In this document: positions 11,514 through 25,109 of the stretch, one piece after another
Numbering within the stretch: position 1 is the stretch's first letter
Layout: every line of letters starts with the position of its first letter
Source of the DNA: Octopus bimaculoides
Lineage: Eukaryota
Reading direction: 5' to 3'
DNA: 64,000 nt
Assembly (NCBI RefSeq): GCF_001194135.2
Contig: NC_068984.1
Span: 70,999,650 to 71,063,649 of the forward strand
Translations under genes and position numbers: made by a program
The notes under the pieces: generated by a model
Told to the model about the DNA's origin: nothing
Seen by the model: the letters and a program-made list of their open reading frames with translations, nothing else
The model's database searches: none

Positions 11514-12004
11514 TNNNNNNNNNNNNNNNNNNNNNNNNNNNNNNNNNNNNNNNNNNNNNNNNNNNNNNNNNNNNNNNNNNNNNNNNNNNNNNNNNNNNNN
11601 NNNNNNNNNNNNNNNNNNNNNNNNNNNNNNNNNNNNNNNNNNNNNNNNNNNNNNNNNNNNNNNNNNNNNNNNNNNNNNNNNNNNNNNNNNNNNNNNNNNN
11701 NNNNNNNNNNNNNNNNNNNNNNNNNNNNNNNNNNNNNNNNNNNNNNNNNNNNNNNNNNNNNNNNNNNNNNNNNNNNNNNNNNNNNNNNNNNNNNNNNNNN
11801 NNNNNNNNNNNNNNNNNNNNNNNNNNNNNNNNNNNNNNNNNNNNNNNNNNNNNNNNNNNNNNNNNNNNNNNNNNNNNNNNNNNNNNNNNNNNNNNNNNNN
11901 NNNNNNNNNNNNNNNNNNNNNNNNNNNNNNNNNNNNNNNNNNNNNNNNNNNNNNNNNNNNNNNNNNNNNNNNNNNNNNNNNNNNNNNNNNNNNNNNNNNN
12001 NNNN

Positions 12005-12050
<46 letters not shown>

Positions 12051-12929
12051 TATAAATACACTGAAGTGAACCTGATTAACTCATTTTAGATAAAGAAAGT
12101 TTATAAAAGAAATACTAATATTGGTTCCTAGACTTTAATTTACTCTTGACAAGAAATGTAACTATATAATTCTTATCATCTCGTTTTTACTTGTTTCTAT
12201 TTGCTAATATACATCCTTCAAGATTTCCGAAACCTATCCTTCTTTTACATGATACAATCACCTAAGGCTTACAAACCAATAACTCCAAAATTGGTTTTCA
12301 AGATATAGTGAAGATGTTTTTGGAATGAACAAATTCTTCACCAACTGGAAGGTATTATCTACACGTTCCAATTGCTTGCAATTATTTCTATCTATGATAT
12401 ATGCCAGCAGGCCAATGACGATTCAAAGACAGATTTAACAAAACGCATAACAAACAAACATATAGTTATTTAAAATTACACCTATGCTTCTCTGAGTTTT
12501 CATTCTAGGTCTGTTAATTTGCAAGAACATTGCTAGATATTTTTTCTTTGATTTTGCTTTGAAATTGTCATGGATTTCAGCACCAGGATCCAATATACAA
12601 AGTCCGTCATTGTAACAAAATATACTGATATTATACAAGTTTGCATTTCTCAACTACACAGTTCAATGTACATACTTCTCCCTACATGCTTACTAAAATA
12701 CGTATAACATTATGATGTTATTTATCAGCTTAAAGTTTTTGCTTAATAGTGATCGCTGATCAAAGAGCAACCAAAATGTTGAAACAACAGAGTAACTCCC
12801 GTGTTCTGATAAAAAAATATCGGGATTGTTCTTTGGTAATGGAGTTAAACTACGTACAGTGAAACCGCTTGGCCCAAATTGATCTTGAACACTGCCGCGC
12901 ATGCATACTAGATTATAATGCTCTCGTTA

Positions 12930-13345
12930 ACATCTGGTGCTTATAGCTGAGTTTGGAATTAAAGTGTTTAGAGTGTGGTCGTCTCAAAATAAAGATCAGG
13001 TTTCACCTGCGCAGGATTTCTTTGACTGTCGAGGAAGACGTAAACATTTTGAAAACGGTCATTACAGGTAACGAATTATGGGTCTATGGTTATGATCCCG
13101 AGACCAAGTTTGGAAAGGAATCTCACTTTAAAGGAAGATTCGAAGTCGTTGAGGAAATTCAAGAGAATGCGCCGAGGCCTCTGCTCGCTATCCCACAAAG
13201 GAGTTCCAAAACTGCTTTCATCAATGGAAACGACGCTGGATAAAGTATGTGGCTTCAGAAGGGGATGAATTCGAAAGCGATTAAATGCTGAATTGATACG
13301 TGTTGTAGATTTCTTGTTATAGAACCAGTCCCGATACTTTTTGCA
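12930..13345 (+). mobile_element. Internally deleted mariner transposase remnant
   Basis: VITGNELWVYGYDPETK (TGDETW motif with the catalytic D mutated) is joined directly to the C-terminal KGRFEVVEEIQENA...LLAIP. After a frameshift it continues EFQNCFHQWKRRWIKYVASEGDEFESD, with the stop ending at 13284. Confidence 0.85.
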
Positions 13346-14888
13346 ACGGTTTAGGTTTTGAAATTTTTTCCATGGCATTAAGTCAAAATAACTGTAGTCC
13401 ATGTCAAGGAAGAGAAATCTACAGAAATGAAAATAAGCAGCATTAGAAAGTATCATTGAAAGCTTTATTTATTGACAGAATTATTTCCAGCATTTTTAAT
13501 TATTTCTTCCCCTTCTATAATTATAAAAGAAGGGGAAGGAAGTATGAAGATAAAGTTACTTTTCATTTCGTTTATCTATATGTATAATTATCCATTTGCT
13601 GGAATTGCTGATATATTTCACAAAAGGTTTAAACATAATTTTTCGTTTCTTGATCTGAAAACCTTTGTGAGAGGCTCAGACATCTATTGCTTTTATATTT
13701 TTTCACAGCAACTTCGTATCCCAGTTTTCTTATTGAACTATCTCACATAAATTTTTCAACAGGAGAAATTGAAATCAGGACTGGATGGATAGCTGGACAA
13801 GCCATCCTGTTTAAAATAATTAACTTGACCTTAGTAAATTTAGTGGGGTCTCCTCATGTGAGCTAGGCTACCATTTCTCTTCTCAATATAGCTTTGTAAA
13901 TGTTAGGGACGGCTTTAGTAGCATCAATCACATATGCAAAGGAAAATTTACCAAGACGGGAAAAAAACAACCTTTGCCAAATCTGCATGCTACTTCAGGT
14001 GAAACGTGGCCGATTTATAAGTGTATTGAATAGAATGCATCATGACTTTAATCTGACTCTTTGAGTTCTAAGTTCAAATCCCACCGAAGTCAATTTTGCA
14101 TTTCATGCTTTGCTATTCAATAAAAATATACAAGCTTAAGACAGCCGATTAGCGGAATTATGAGAGCACCAGACAAGAGAGGTTGCAGTATCTGTTGTAG
14201 TTCTGTGTATTCTGAATTCAAGTCCCATCCTATCATCACTAACTGTGATACTTCTGTCAAAAGTTGCAGTCAACTGATAGTATAAGCTATTTGAAAAACC
14301 AATCGACATATGGTTTCCTAGGTTAAGTCAGAGAAGTTACAGTTATAAACAGCACCAAAGTTATCACGACCTACACAATACCTACTACTACCACGGCCAT
14401 TATCATAATCATGACAACGACGATGACCACCACCACTACCACCACCACCACCACCACCATTTCTACTTACAGTAAGAAACAAACGTCTCACTTGTAATAA
14501 CTTAATAGGGACCAAGCGGGCTTTAGTATTAAGAACTGAATATCTTAGTGAGAATCATGATATATTTGTATCTGGAGAAAAAGACACAAATATATTGTAG
14601 TTGTTTCATTCAACATTGATTAGTGTATCTGTTGTTTCTGCGACACCAAAGGAATAAAAACTCAACAAAGTAATTGACTGGCTTTGTATTTATGGATAGA
14701 TTGTTTTTACGACTGATTTGTTTAGCAATGGAAATCTTAACAACAACTTGATTCTAGAACATTCTGACATCTAGCAAGTCCGAAAATGTGAGATGAGATA
14801 CGTGGTACTAGCTTCTGGTATACAATTACTCTGTCAATATAAACATTCTTCATTTTTCAGAAAGAAGAGCCTTATATATATATATATA

Positions 14889-15090
14889 GGCGCAGGAGTG
14901 GCTGTGTGGTAAGAAGCTTTCTTACCAACAACAGGGTTCTGGGTTCAGTCCCACTGCGTGGCAACTTGGGCAAGTGGCTTCTGCTATAGCCTCGGGTCGA
15001 CCAAAGCTTTGTGAGTGGATTTGGTTGACGGAAACTGAAAGAACCCTGTCGTATATATGTATATATATGTATGTGTGTGTATATGTTTGT
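14889..15090 (+). mobile_element. SINE family A, 5' half
   Basis: GGCGCAGGAGTGGCTGTGTGGTAAG...GGGTTCAGTCCCACTGCGTGG tRNA-like head, body to GAAACTGAAAGAA, then the central (TA)/(TG) tract. Confidence 0.88.
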
Positions 15091-15264
15091 GAGAGAAAGT
15101 TGTGGTGAAGGAGTACAGCAGGGTTCGCCAACACTCCCTGCCGGAGCCTCGTGGAGCTTTAGGTGTTTTCGCTCAATAAACACACACAACGCCCGGTCTG
15201 GGAATCGAAACTGCGATCCTATGACCGCGAGTCCACTGCACTAACCACTGGGCCATTGCGCCTC

Positions 15265-15265
<1 letters not shown>
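15091..15265 (-). mobile_element. tRNA-derived SINE, family B
   Basis: Minus strand GGAGGCGCAATGGCCCAGTGG (A box) ... GTTTCGATTCC (B box). A near-identical copy lies at 40775-40950. Confidence 0.88.
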
Positions 15266-15300
<35 letters not shown>

Positions 15301-16259
15301 TATATATATACACACAAACACACGTTCATGCACGCATCCTAGGTTAGCAGATTTTGCAGTTCGTATTTGCATGGTGGCATGGTTCCGACAGATTTGATAG
15401 GTGCAGTTTTACAGCAACATCACCTATTTCCAAGCAAGATGATATTACCATAAGGCTGGGCATGTCTTGCCGAAAGATGACAAGTGAGTGACACTGTTTG
15501 TTTGAGATTTATACTTATGTATAACTACTGGAAAACTATGAGACACAAACTCATAATTTTGCACACTCACGCACGCACACCCATATATATCCGACGCATC
15601 AGGACATGGAAAAGTAATAGAGTTTAAAAAGAAACACTGATGAACATAATGATGACGAAGTATGTGTGTGTGTGTGTGTTTGTGTGTGTGTGCGTGCGTG
15701 TGTGTCTGCTTGTGGGTATGTGTGTCTGTGTATGTCCAAAACTGAGGATTCCAATTAACACAATACATAAGAAATCAAGTTTTTTGACAACTTCCGACAG
15801 GCTCAAATACAAAGATGAAAGTATAACAAGCGAAACTTCGCACAGAAAAACACACAAAACACTTAACTATTGAAGGAATCTTCATGCCTTACAGCAAAAG
15901 ATAGGGGGATCGATTTTAAGTACATTAGACAGAATTCAAGACATTCGATGGAACAAGCTGGCAAAGAGTCAGACGAAGGTGTATATATAAGGAACCATAG
16001 GTAAGATGTGAAATAAAATATTTTTTTATATATATTTTACTAAAATTTTAAAATTAAACTTATGTCTAATATGATTTAAAGAACACATAAGAGATAAAAA
16101 TTATTCCTGATAATTTAAGATAGTGTAATCTATATAAATTTGTACATAATTNNNNNNNNNNNNNNNNNNNNNNNNNNNNNNNNNNNNNNNNNNNNNNNNN
16201 NNNNNNNNNNNNNNNNNNNNNNNNNNNNNNNNNNNNNNNNNNNNNNNNNNNATATATGA

Positions 16260-17330
16260 ATTAATGTAGAAGTACCTTGCACTGAATATTTCTGTGTTAT
16301 GACTTCATTTTTAAGAAACTGACGAATGTTGCCGAATTGTGCGTGTGAGAGCTTGTGTGGCGTGGTTATAGTAACCAGCTAGCTTCCTGTAACTCTCTTC
16401 TATTGTTGATATTTGGTTCTCTTTGGTGTATGTGGATGGCCACAGTGATTCTAAGGTTGCCCTTGTTCCGCTGTGCTGCCCTGATGTGCACTGTAAATTC
16501 CTGTGTTTGGTGTCTCCATAGATGTTTCTTCTCGGATGTCTCTGCCAGCATGCTTTCCCTTATAAATATCTGCAATTTTCTTGTTGTGCTTCCTATGTAG
16601 GATGGGCCACATTTTCCACAGATGACCTCGAATACAACATAGGTCCTCTGGCACAATTCATGGTCATTGATGGGGCAGTTCAATAATGTGCACTCTTCGG
16701 AGTAGTGAGAGGTGTTGTTCTTGGACAGAGCTTTTCTCTGGTCTGGGAAGGGCCGGTGTGCACTATCTGTATGTTGAGTCCTTCTCTGCGGACTGCGTGT
16801 TTTATCGCTGCAGTAGTTCTGTCGTCAAAATTTAGTAGCTTTAGGATACACGTGCCTGACTTGGAAGTATGATGGTGCTTCCGAGGTTTATTGACTCTGA
16901 TATTATTTAGGCGCCGTCGTTTGGCTAAAAATGGTGGATCGCCATTTAGGGTCTCTCAGGAACTGTTTGGTGTTGACGGCTTTGTTGGTCACTTCACTGC
17001 CATTATTGTTTATACGTGCAATCTCGTTTCTCACGTATAGTCTCTGGTAGCAGTAAACTTTTCGTCCATTACCAATCAGCCTCAACCACCAGATGTACTG
17101 GCGCAAATCAGTCAACGTGTTGAATGAATTATGTCTAAAGCTATAGTTTTATTAAGCTCGTTCAGAGTTGCCTCTATTAGGTAGATCTCATTGACAAGAG
17201 TAAGAAAACTTGAAACATCGATGTTTGGGACTCCCGAGAGATGGCGACACTGAATGGACTATGTGTTTTCACACCTTTTTACCATAAGAGAGACTTTTCT
17301 CCACAGTAGCTGCAGTGTATTTGCCTTTAG
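16260..17330 (-). mobile_element. Penelope-like element: decayed RT remnant, Cys-rich linker and GIY-YIG endonuclease
   Basis: ORF 16366-16683 NCPINDHELCQRTYVVFEVICGKCGPSYIGSTTRKLQ...LRITVAIHIHQREPNINNRRE is a GIY-YIG nuclease of PLE type. ORF 16903-17115 resembles the PLE RT thumb. Confidence 0.85.
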
Positions 17331-18104
17331 CAGTTGAAGTAAGTGACAAACATATTTCTACTGACCTAAATTCTCCTCATACCTAAACACTGTTTTACGC
17401 CTATGCTCCTTATATATATNNNNNNNNNNNNNNNNNNNNNNNNNNNNNNNNNNNNNNNNNNNNNNNNNNNNNNNNNNNNNNNNNNNNNNNNNNNNNNNNN
17501 NNNNNNNNNNNNNNNNNNNNNNNNNNNNNNNNNNNNNNNNNNNNNNNNNNNNNNNNNNNNNNNNNNNNNNNNNNNNNNNNNNNNNNNNNNNNNNNNNNNN
17601 NNNNNNNNNNNNNNNNNNNNNNNNNNNNNNNNNNNNNNNNNNNNNNNNNNNNNNNNNNNNNNNNNNNNNNNNNNNNNNNNNNNNNNNNNNNNNNNNNNNN
17701 NNNNNNNNNNNNNNNNNNNNNNNNNNNNNNNNNNNNNNNNNNNNNNNNNNNNNNNNNNNNNNNNNNNNNNNNNNNNNNNNNNNNNNNNNNNNNNNNNNNN
17801 NNNNNNNNNNNNNNNNNNNNNNNNNNNNNNNNNNNNNNNNNNNNNNNNNNNNNNNNNNNNNNNNNNNNNNNNNNNNNNNNNNNNNNNNNNNNNNNNNNNN
17901 NNNNNNNNNNNNNNNNNNNNNNNNNNNNNNNNNNNNNNNNNNNNNNNNNNNNNNNNNNNNNNNNNNNNNNNNNNNNNNNNNNNNNNNNNNNNNNNNNNNN
18001 NNNNNNNNNNNNNNNNNNNNNNNNNNNNNNNNNNNNNNNNNNNNNNNNNNNNNNNNNNNNNNNNNNNNNNNNNNNNNNNNNNNNNNNNNNNNNNNNNNNN
18101 NNNN

Positions 18105-18167
<63 letters not shown>

Positions 18168-19663
18168 CATTTATATATATGCTTATAAAATATACACTCA
18201 TCTAAATAATTACATGTACTTATATAGATATGTACCTAATATACATGTATACACACACACGCATAACCATGCAACACATAAAGTAAACATATAAAAGAAG
18301 ATTAATACATAAATATGCTTGTGTGAACATACATGTGTGTACATATGTATTAAATTATGCTTACTATTTGCCTATATCTCTCTTTTCCTATGTGTTCTTA
18401 CAGGTGTACGCATGTGTACATACGTGATATATTTTTCATTTGTGCTTGTACGCATGATAGCGTGTTTAAATTTTGCTCTATATACACTTTTGTAATCGAA
18501 AAATGAAAGAGACTTTTTTTAACCGAACGGTGTGCACATGTAGCCATACATACACTTACACAGAGTTAGACATAATGTGACACTCACATACACAGATGCT
18601 AGAGCAGAACCGAAATAGATGTTTTTTTTTTATTACGCATTCACAAACACGCACACATTCACAATCTCACACACGCACACAAACTAACACAAAATAGTAG
18701 TTTCTATTTTATTTTTCAAAATTTCAAAACTACTAACTTATAAGCGTATATTTAGTCTTTTTTAACTAGTTTACCAAATCACTATGATTATCACTCTATA
18801 AGTATATCAGTTTTATGATCAGAGTAAATAACAGAAAGTAAAACATGTTAGAAATATTGAACGCCGTTTAGTCAGTGAAACCAATATTGAAGATGAATTA
18901 TTAAATTTCACTCAGAAAAAGAAAAAAAAAAATCAATGACCTAGCACCTATATTCACAGCATTTAAAAAGAAGTCAATACGAAAACAGAAAACAGTTTTC
19001 ATGTGAATATTTCAATTTTGTAGTCTATATATTATTGTCAATAAATGAATATTAAATTTTTATGTTCAGAAGACACAGAAAAATGCAAATATTCAGAAAG
19101 TATTACACCCCCCATATANNNNNNNNNNNNNNNNNNNNNNNNNNNNNNNNNNNNNNNNNNNNNNNNNNNNNNNNNNNNNNNNNNNNNNNNNNNNNNNNNN
19201 NNNNNNNNNNNNNNNNNNNNNNNNNNNNNNNNNNNNNNNNNNNNNNNNNNNNNNNNNNNNNNNNNNNNNNNNNNNNNNNNNNNNNNNNNNNNNNNNNNNN
19301 NNNNNNNNNNNNNNNNNNNNNNNNNNNNNNNNNNNNNNNNNNNNNNNNNNNNNNNNNNNNNNNNNNNNNNNNNNNNNNNNNNNNNNNNNNNNNNNNNNNN
19401 NNNNNNNNNNNNNNNNNNNNNNNNNNNNNNNNNNNNNNNNNNNNNNNNNNNNNNNNNNNNNNNNNNNNNNNNNNNNNNNNNNNNNNNNNNNNNNNNNNNN
19501 NNNNNNNNNNNNNNNNNNNNNNNNNNNNNNNNNNNNNNNNNNNNNNNNNNNNNNNNNNNNNNNNNNNNNNNNNNNNNNNNNNNNNNNNNNNNNNNNNNNN
19601 NNNNNNNNNNNNNNNNNNNNNNNNNNNNNNNNNNNNNNNNNNNNNNNNNNNNNNNNNNNNNNN

Positions 19664-19695
<32 letters not shown>

Positions 19696-19909
19696 CTCTA
19701 TATATTAGCATAAACATATAGATTTGTATGCAGGCGAGTCTGAATATAATGTATGTCTGTACATATGTGTGTGTGTGTGTATGTATACATATATCATATA
19801 TGTGTTTGTGTGTGCGTGTCTAAGTATATTTATATATCTATATATATATCTTTGTGTATGTAGGTTTATATGTTTATATATGTATATATATATATATAAT
19901 ATATTTTTA

Positions 19910-20262
19910 TGTGCACGTATGGCTTCCGATTTACATGGTTTCGGGCTGAGTTCCACTGGGTGGCATCTTGGACAAGTGTCTCTACTGCACTCTCGGAGCG
20001 ACCAAATCCTTGTCAGTAGAATTGGCAGACAGAAACTGAAAAAGGCCCGTCGTATCTCTGTGTGTGTCTTTGTGTATATATTTTTTTCCACACTACTTTA
20101 CAACCGGTATCGTGTGTTTAAGTCTCAGAAATATAGTTGCTTACCAAAAGAGACGGATATAGTAATAGTATCAGCCTTTTAAAAATAGAAAAAGAAAGAC
20201 ATTGCGTTCGATCCATTCGACTAAAACTTCACAGATTTTACTTGAATGAAACAAGTAAAAGA
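19910..20262 (+). mobile_element. Degraded full-length SINE, family A
   Basis: Colinear with the family A head (CATGGTTTCGGGCTGAGTTCCACTG), body (GACAGAAACTGAAAAAGGCCCGTCG) and tail (GAATGAAACAAGTAAAAGA). Confidence 0.7.
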
Positions 20263-20277
20263 TTATATATATACATA

Positions 20278-20345
<68 letters not shown>

Positions 20346-20487
20346 NNNNNNNNNNNNNNNNNNNNNNNNNNNNNNNNNNNNNNNNNNNNNNNNNNNNNNN
20401 NNNNNNNNNNNNNNNNNNNNNNNNNNNNNNNNNNNNNNNNNNNNNNNNNNNNNNNNNNNNNNNNNNNNNNNNNNNNNNNNNNNNNNN

Positions 20488-20538
<51 letters not shown>

Positions 20539-20699
20539 AATAATAAGAAAATGCAGAAAACCTTAGATTAACACACACATTGATTGGACCACATTTATAG
20601 CTCATTTTTTCATGTACAAAGAATGACTTAACAAATAGGTGATGTAACACATCTTACGGCCGTTTCCGCTTACTCTGCTAAGCGCTGTCTATAAATAAT

Positions 20700-22150
20700 T
20701 GCGAAAATAAAATTCCTCATCTTCATAGGACTTTCGGTTTAAGACATGGAGCTTCATCAGAGTAAAAGACAAGAGCATCCAATATAAACAAAGGAAAGAA
20801 GGAACAGGAAAGAAAACATGGCCTAGAAAAGTAGTCAAGAAAATCCATATATTTAATCTACCATCTTGGGGCTACGAGGTCCGTAGATAAAAGAGTGAAC
20901 CAGTAATGGTCTAGGGAATACTCCAATTTTTTTCGGGTAGTTTAAATTTAAGGGTGTGAGGGCTAAGATGTTTTGAAATTTAAGGAAAAAAGTTACCAAA
21001 AATGAAGAAACAATATTAAATTAGGAAAATGACTAACATGATTATCAAAGGGCAGTACCTATGCTAACGAAGTAAAATCAAGTAAATATATCCAAAACAT
21101 TACCGTAGGGTGCTTAAGAAATATAGCAAATTGGTAACGCATTCCATTTTTGTATGTGTGGCGATAGTTTCCAGGGACATAGAAGTTTCTTTTACATTAA
21201 TCACTATGATTTGCTATACTTGCAAGTTGTGTAAATCCATGCGATATTAAATGAAAATTCGCTGAACATTTCTTCAAACTAATATACATGAGTATTACCG
21301 ACTTAAATACTAGTTGTCATAGCAGTGGTGAATTTGTTGTATATAAGAAGATAAATAAATTAATTATAGCCATCAGGATGCCACTTTATGAGAAATTTTC
21401 TCTGGTAAGGAGACTATAGAACGAGATTTTTAAAGTTCTCAAGCGTTGAGTATACTGTGAATATCCAGGGCCATAAAAAGTATGATAATCATGAAGAGAT
21501 TCATTAATTGTATATATATTCTTTTGATGAAGGGATAAGATGTAAGATATAGAAGCAAAGCTGTTCAAAGGAACTGTAGTTTACTACTATATAATCCTAT
21601 ATTGGTGCCCTCAATAGGAGGATGAAAAGTATGAAGAAAATTACCAAAATAAAGACTAACAATATTACTAGAATAAATGTAGAGAATATAGTTTATAAGT
21701 ACGATGAGAATAGCTTAGATCACTTACTGTTGAAGTAAATATATTGATTAGTTACGTTCGAAATTATTAAATTATGGTGTTTCGAGACATGAAGGATATT
21801 ACTTAGATTCAACAGTGATAAAGTTGAAGTTAACAGGAGAAACATTATTTATTTCATTAAATTAAGGTAATCGCGCTTTTTCATAAATGAGTTAGTGGGA
21901 ACACCGGATCAATAATTCATTATGTTGGTTAATTAGATTATACTTATATACAAATATTTTTAGTGCCTCCGCAGAACATAAATTGCAACCATCTCTCCCC
22001 TTCGTTCGGAAGGGCAGTACGTATAAATGACTACTATATGAAGAAATATTCCCCGTTTTGTGGTTCCAAATAAATTTAGCGAGCGAGGTGCTAAGTATTT
22101 TCTTTTACTCTTAATTAAATGTACATGATTATGTTCCATAAGCTAATTTT
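20700..22150 (-). mobile_element. Heavily decayed Penelope-like element
   Basis: ORF 21386-21568 contains SLHDYHTFYGPGYSQYTQRLR, resembling the PLE HP..IPYSQ.LRLR motif. ILALTPLNLN near 20950 resembles the GIY-YIG C-terminus. A CTGATGA..CGAAA remnant lies at 20731-20760. Confidence 0.45.
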
Positions 22151-22559
22151 GTATGTAATAGTACCTATATAGCAAGGACTTTGTCAGGTTTCATAAACAA
22201 ACAGTCTTTCATAAACAAACAGTCATATAGTAAATACATTTTAAGAAATTGAATATCTACATGGCATTTAATGAGATTCCTTTAACTGCTATTGAGAATA
22301 TTTGCAGAAGCATCACTGTCAACTCTTACTCGCCCATATACACTTGCAAACTCCACTCACACACACTCACGTTCTGTCTCATTCGTCTGTCTCAGTTATT
22401 TCTTCTCACCTCGTAACTTCAGGATCTACAAAGAGAGCTCATCACCTCTGATCACTCGATCACCATCTATTTTGAAATTTCTAAAATGTGGGCAGTGATA
22501 TAGCTTCTCTACAGCAACAAACTTGTATGCGTCAGATCTATTTTCTCATACCCCACATC

Positions 22560-22788
22560 ACATTATATAAAGTCGTTACCCTTGTGTGCGCAATCTTGGA
22601 AAGCTCATGGCCACGTCAGTAGTACTGCTGGCACCAAACATGCACCCAGTGCAAGATGTAATACAAAGAACACTGGGAGGGCATCCAGTAGTAGATAGCA
22701 TGCCAAGGAAGATACTGTAATACGAGGTAGTCTTGGATCTGTCCAATACATACCAGCATGGAGCACGACGGTCTAAATGATGATGTTA

Positions 22789-22835
<47 letters not shown>

Positions 22836-22837
22836 AT

Positions 22838-22886
<49 letters not shown>
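22560..22886 (+). mobile_element. SINE/LINE 3' end with RTE-type tail and (GAT)n
   Basis: GGGAGGGCATCCAGTAGTAG...GTCCAATACATACCAGCATGGAGCACGACGGTCTAAATGATGATG followed by (GAT)n at 22777-22886. Confidence 0.6.
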
Positions 22887-22889
<3 letters not shown>

Positions 22890-22893
<4 letters not shown>

Positions 22894-23565
22894 GGTCATT
22901 TTGATGCGATTGACATTGCTATCTTCTTTTGAGTTTCTTGCCATTATATAGGTTCATATGGGATCTTGGACAGCAGGAATTCAAGTTGTCTTTTGAAAAC
23001 ATTTAACCACCTACACCATGAAGATCCCACAAATGTTTTGGCAAAGTATTAAACAGCACTGAGCTCTTGAAGCTCAACTTACGGCAGTACATTGTCCTCG
23101 CTCAAGACGTGATAGCTGGAACTTTTGGAACAGTGAGGTGAACAGCGCGGCCAAGTACGAGGGCTGGTATAGCTTTCGATGCCAAAGGCTCCAATCCCCC
23201 AGAATCCTCCATACGCATATCACTGTTTACCTCTGCTGCCCTCTTCAGGGAGTAGAGTCATAGCTCTCTCAGTCTCTCCCAAGCTCAGCTGTTCCGCTGA
23301 TGCAATTTTCTTGCAATAGCACCGCTGAACTGCCTAAAGGTCTCTTATTGATTTGATACTGTTGGGTGACCACAGGCGAGAGCAGTATAAATGTTCTCCA
23401 CAGGACCAGCATAATTTCTTGGTGCCTTGATCGGAAGGTACTTGGAATCGATCCAGCCATTCGCCTGCATATTGCCAACATCTTGGTGATATATACGTGA
23501 AGCAAGGCGTTGTTGCAAATATCAATTCCCAGGTCATGCAATGTACTTGACTCGAAGATGGTCAT
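22890..23565 (-). mobile_element. CR1-like LINE ORF2 C-terminal fragment (decayed)
   Basis: ORF 23269-23565 HDLGIDI...HVYITKMLAICRRMAGSIPSTFRSR...MLVLWRTFIL fits the CR1-like DLG..HI...GWILRTF.SR..ML.LW signature. Homologous to 34640-35470. Confidence 0.75.
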
Positions 23566-24984
23566 TTCTTTTCGTACAAAGTATCGTTTTTATGGTATGT
23601 GGACACTAGATAGCAGATAGCGGAGGACTTGTTTCAGACCATTTATATGGCATTTGGGGCTTCCTGTAGAAGATTAGCATCAGAAAGTGCTTCTTTGAGT
23701 GCTTGTGCTTCATTTGTGTTGTCGGCGTTGTTAGTAAGTATGGCTGTCTGTCTAACTGATGACATGTCTGGAATAGCCACCATTTACAAACAGACACACA
23801 CAAACAGCACAGACACAGAATAATGAATGCATTCCTTCTTATAGCTAAAACTGCTGTAAGCTAATGAAGTTGATTACGTAATTTCAGCTCCTTCCTCATG
23901 CAATAATCTATATTACACTCTGCACAGCCTATCACCTTATTGTAAGCATATTAATACTGAAATATAAGTGTCATTAATGTGACTAGGATTTTAGAAACAC
24001 CTACCCTGCTAGAAATAAGAGCTGAAATGCTCTAATGCTATAGGGAAAGCACATATAATCCCCGTCTAAGTATATGTATACAATTGTGTTTGACTACAGT
24101 ATTGGAGCATTCTAGTTCGTCTAGCAATGTAGGTATTTTTAACACCCTAGTCACATTTAGAGACAAATATATGTGTTTGCGTGTATATCAATATATATAT
24201 ATATATATGTACAAACACTCATACATATACGTATATATTAATGGGCTTCTATGCAGTTTAAATCCGTCAGTTTCACTCACAAGGCATTGGCTATCCTAAA
24301 ACGAAATTAGAAGATACATGCTGAAGGTGCTGTAGAGTATAGAAGAGAAGAAGATCGCAAGCAACCTGTATAGAAAACGAACACTACATTCACAGTCATA
24401 CATACATATATGCGTTTGTATATCTATATATGTATTGATATATGCATGTGCTTATAATTCTGTATAATTATTTATACATATTGACATTTATCATCGGTTA
24501 TGAATAAAGCAAATGGAAATGGGAATTTACTATCCTGATTATTTTCCCTAAGGCATAACAATGTTTTGATATTGTAAAACATTTTCAACATACTTTCTGA
24601 CTTTTTTATTATGATATGTAACAACAGTAGTAGTGACGGGAAAGTGGCAGAAAAGGGGGAGGTCATGCTAAACGCCTTGCCCATTGTAGATGTTTATTTT
24701 TCTGATCCTAGATTAGCCTGATAGATCTCATCTGTGCTTTGAGATTGTGGACCTGTTTATGGTGGAACTAAAAGCTTTTAAATATAATATTTTTAGAACT
24801 ACGACATTGTTCCTTTCTGGTTTTAAAAATTGAATAGTCTAATTTAAGGAAGATGCAACTGCTATTCTTAGCATGCTGAGTTTCCACGCTGATGCTGCCT
24901 TGTTGGCTTCTTCACAATCTTTCAAGCTAAGACAAGCGCGTGCAGTATGTATTTGTGTGGCTTGATGTGCAGAATTCGCTCTCC

Positions 24985-25096
24985 CTTCTTCTTCTTCTTC
25001 TTCTTCTTCTTCTTCTTCTTCTTCTTCTTCTTCTTCTTCTTCTTCTTCTTCTTCTTCTTCTTCTTCTTCTTCTTCTTCTTCTTCTTCTTCTTCTTC
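24985..25096. repeat. (CTT)n microsatellite
   Basis: Read directly from the sequence; pure tract of about 37 units. Confidence 0.98.
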
Positions 25097-25109
25097 GTTG
25101 TTCTTGTTG

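Noticed and set aside
15190-15265. tRNA-like sequences with A and B boxes (also at 4831, 14889, 40870 and 57140)
   Set aside because: They continue into SINE bodies and I could not fold a complete cloverleaf; these are SINE heads, not tRNA genes.
17234-17248. CTCF/YY1-like AGATGGCG motifs (also at about 50810)
   Set aside because: These are short partial matches; the first lies inside PLE RT-derived sequence.
24839-24985. Minus-strand peptide LSLKDCEEANKAASAWKLSML next to (GAA)n
   Set aside because: Possibly another LINE fragment, but no diagnostic motif was recognised.
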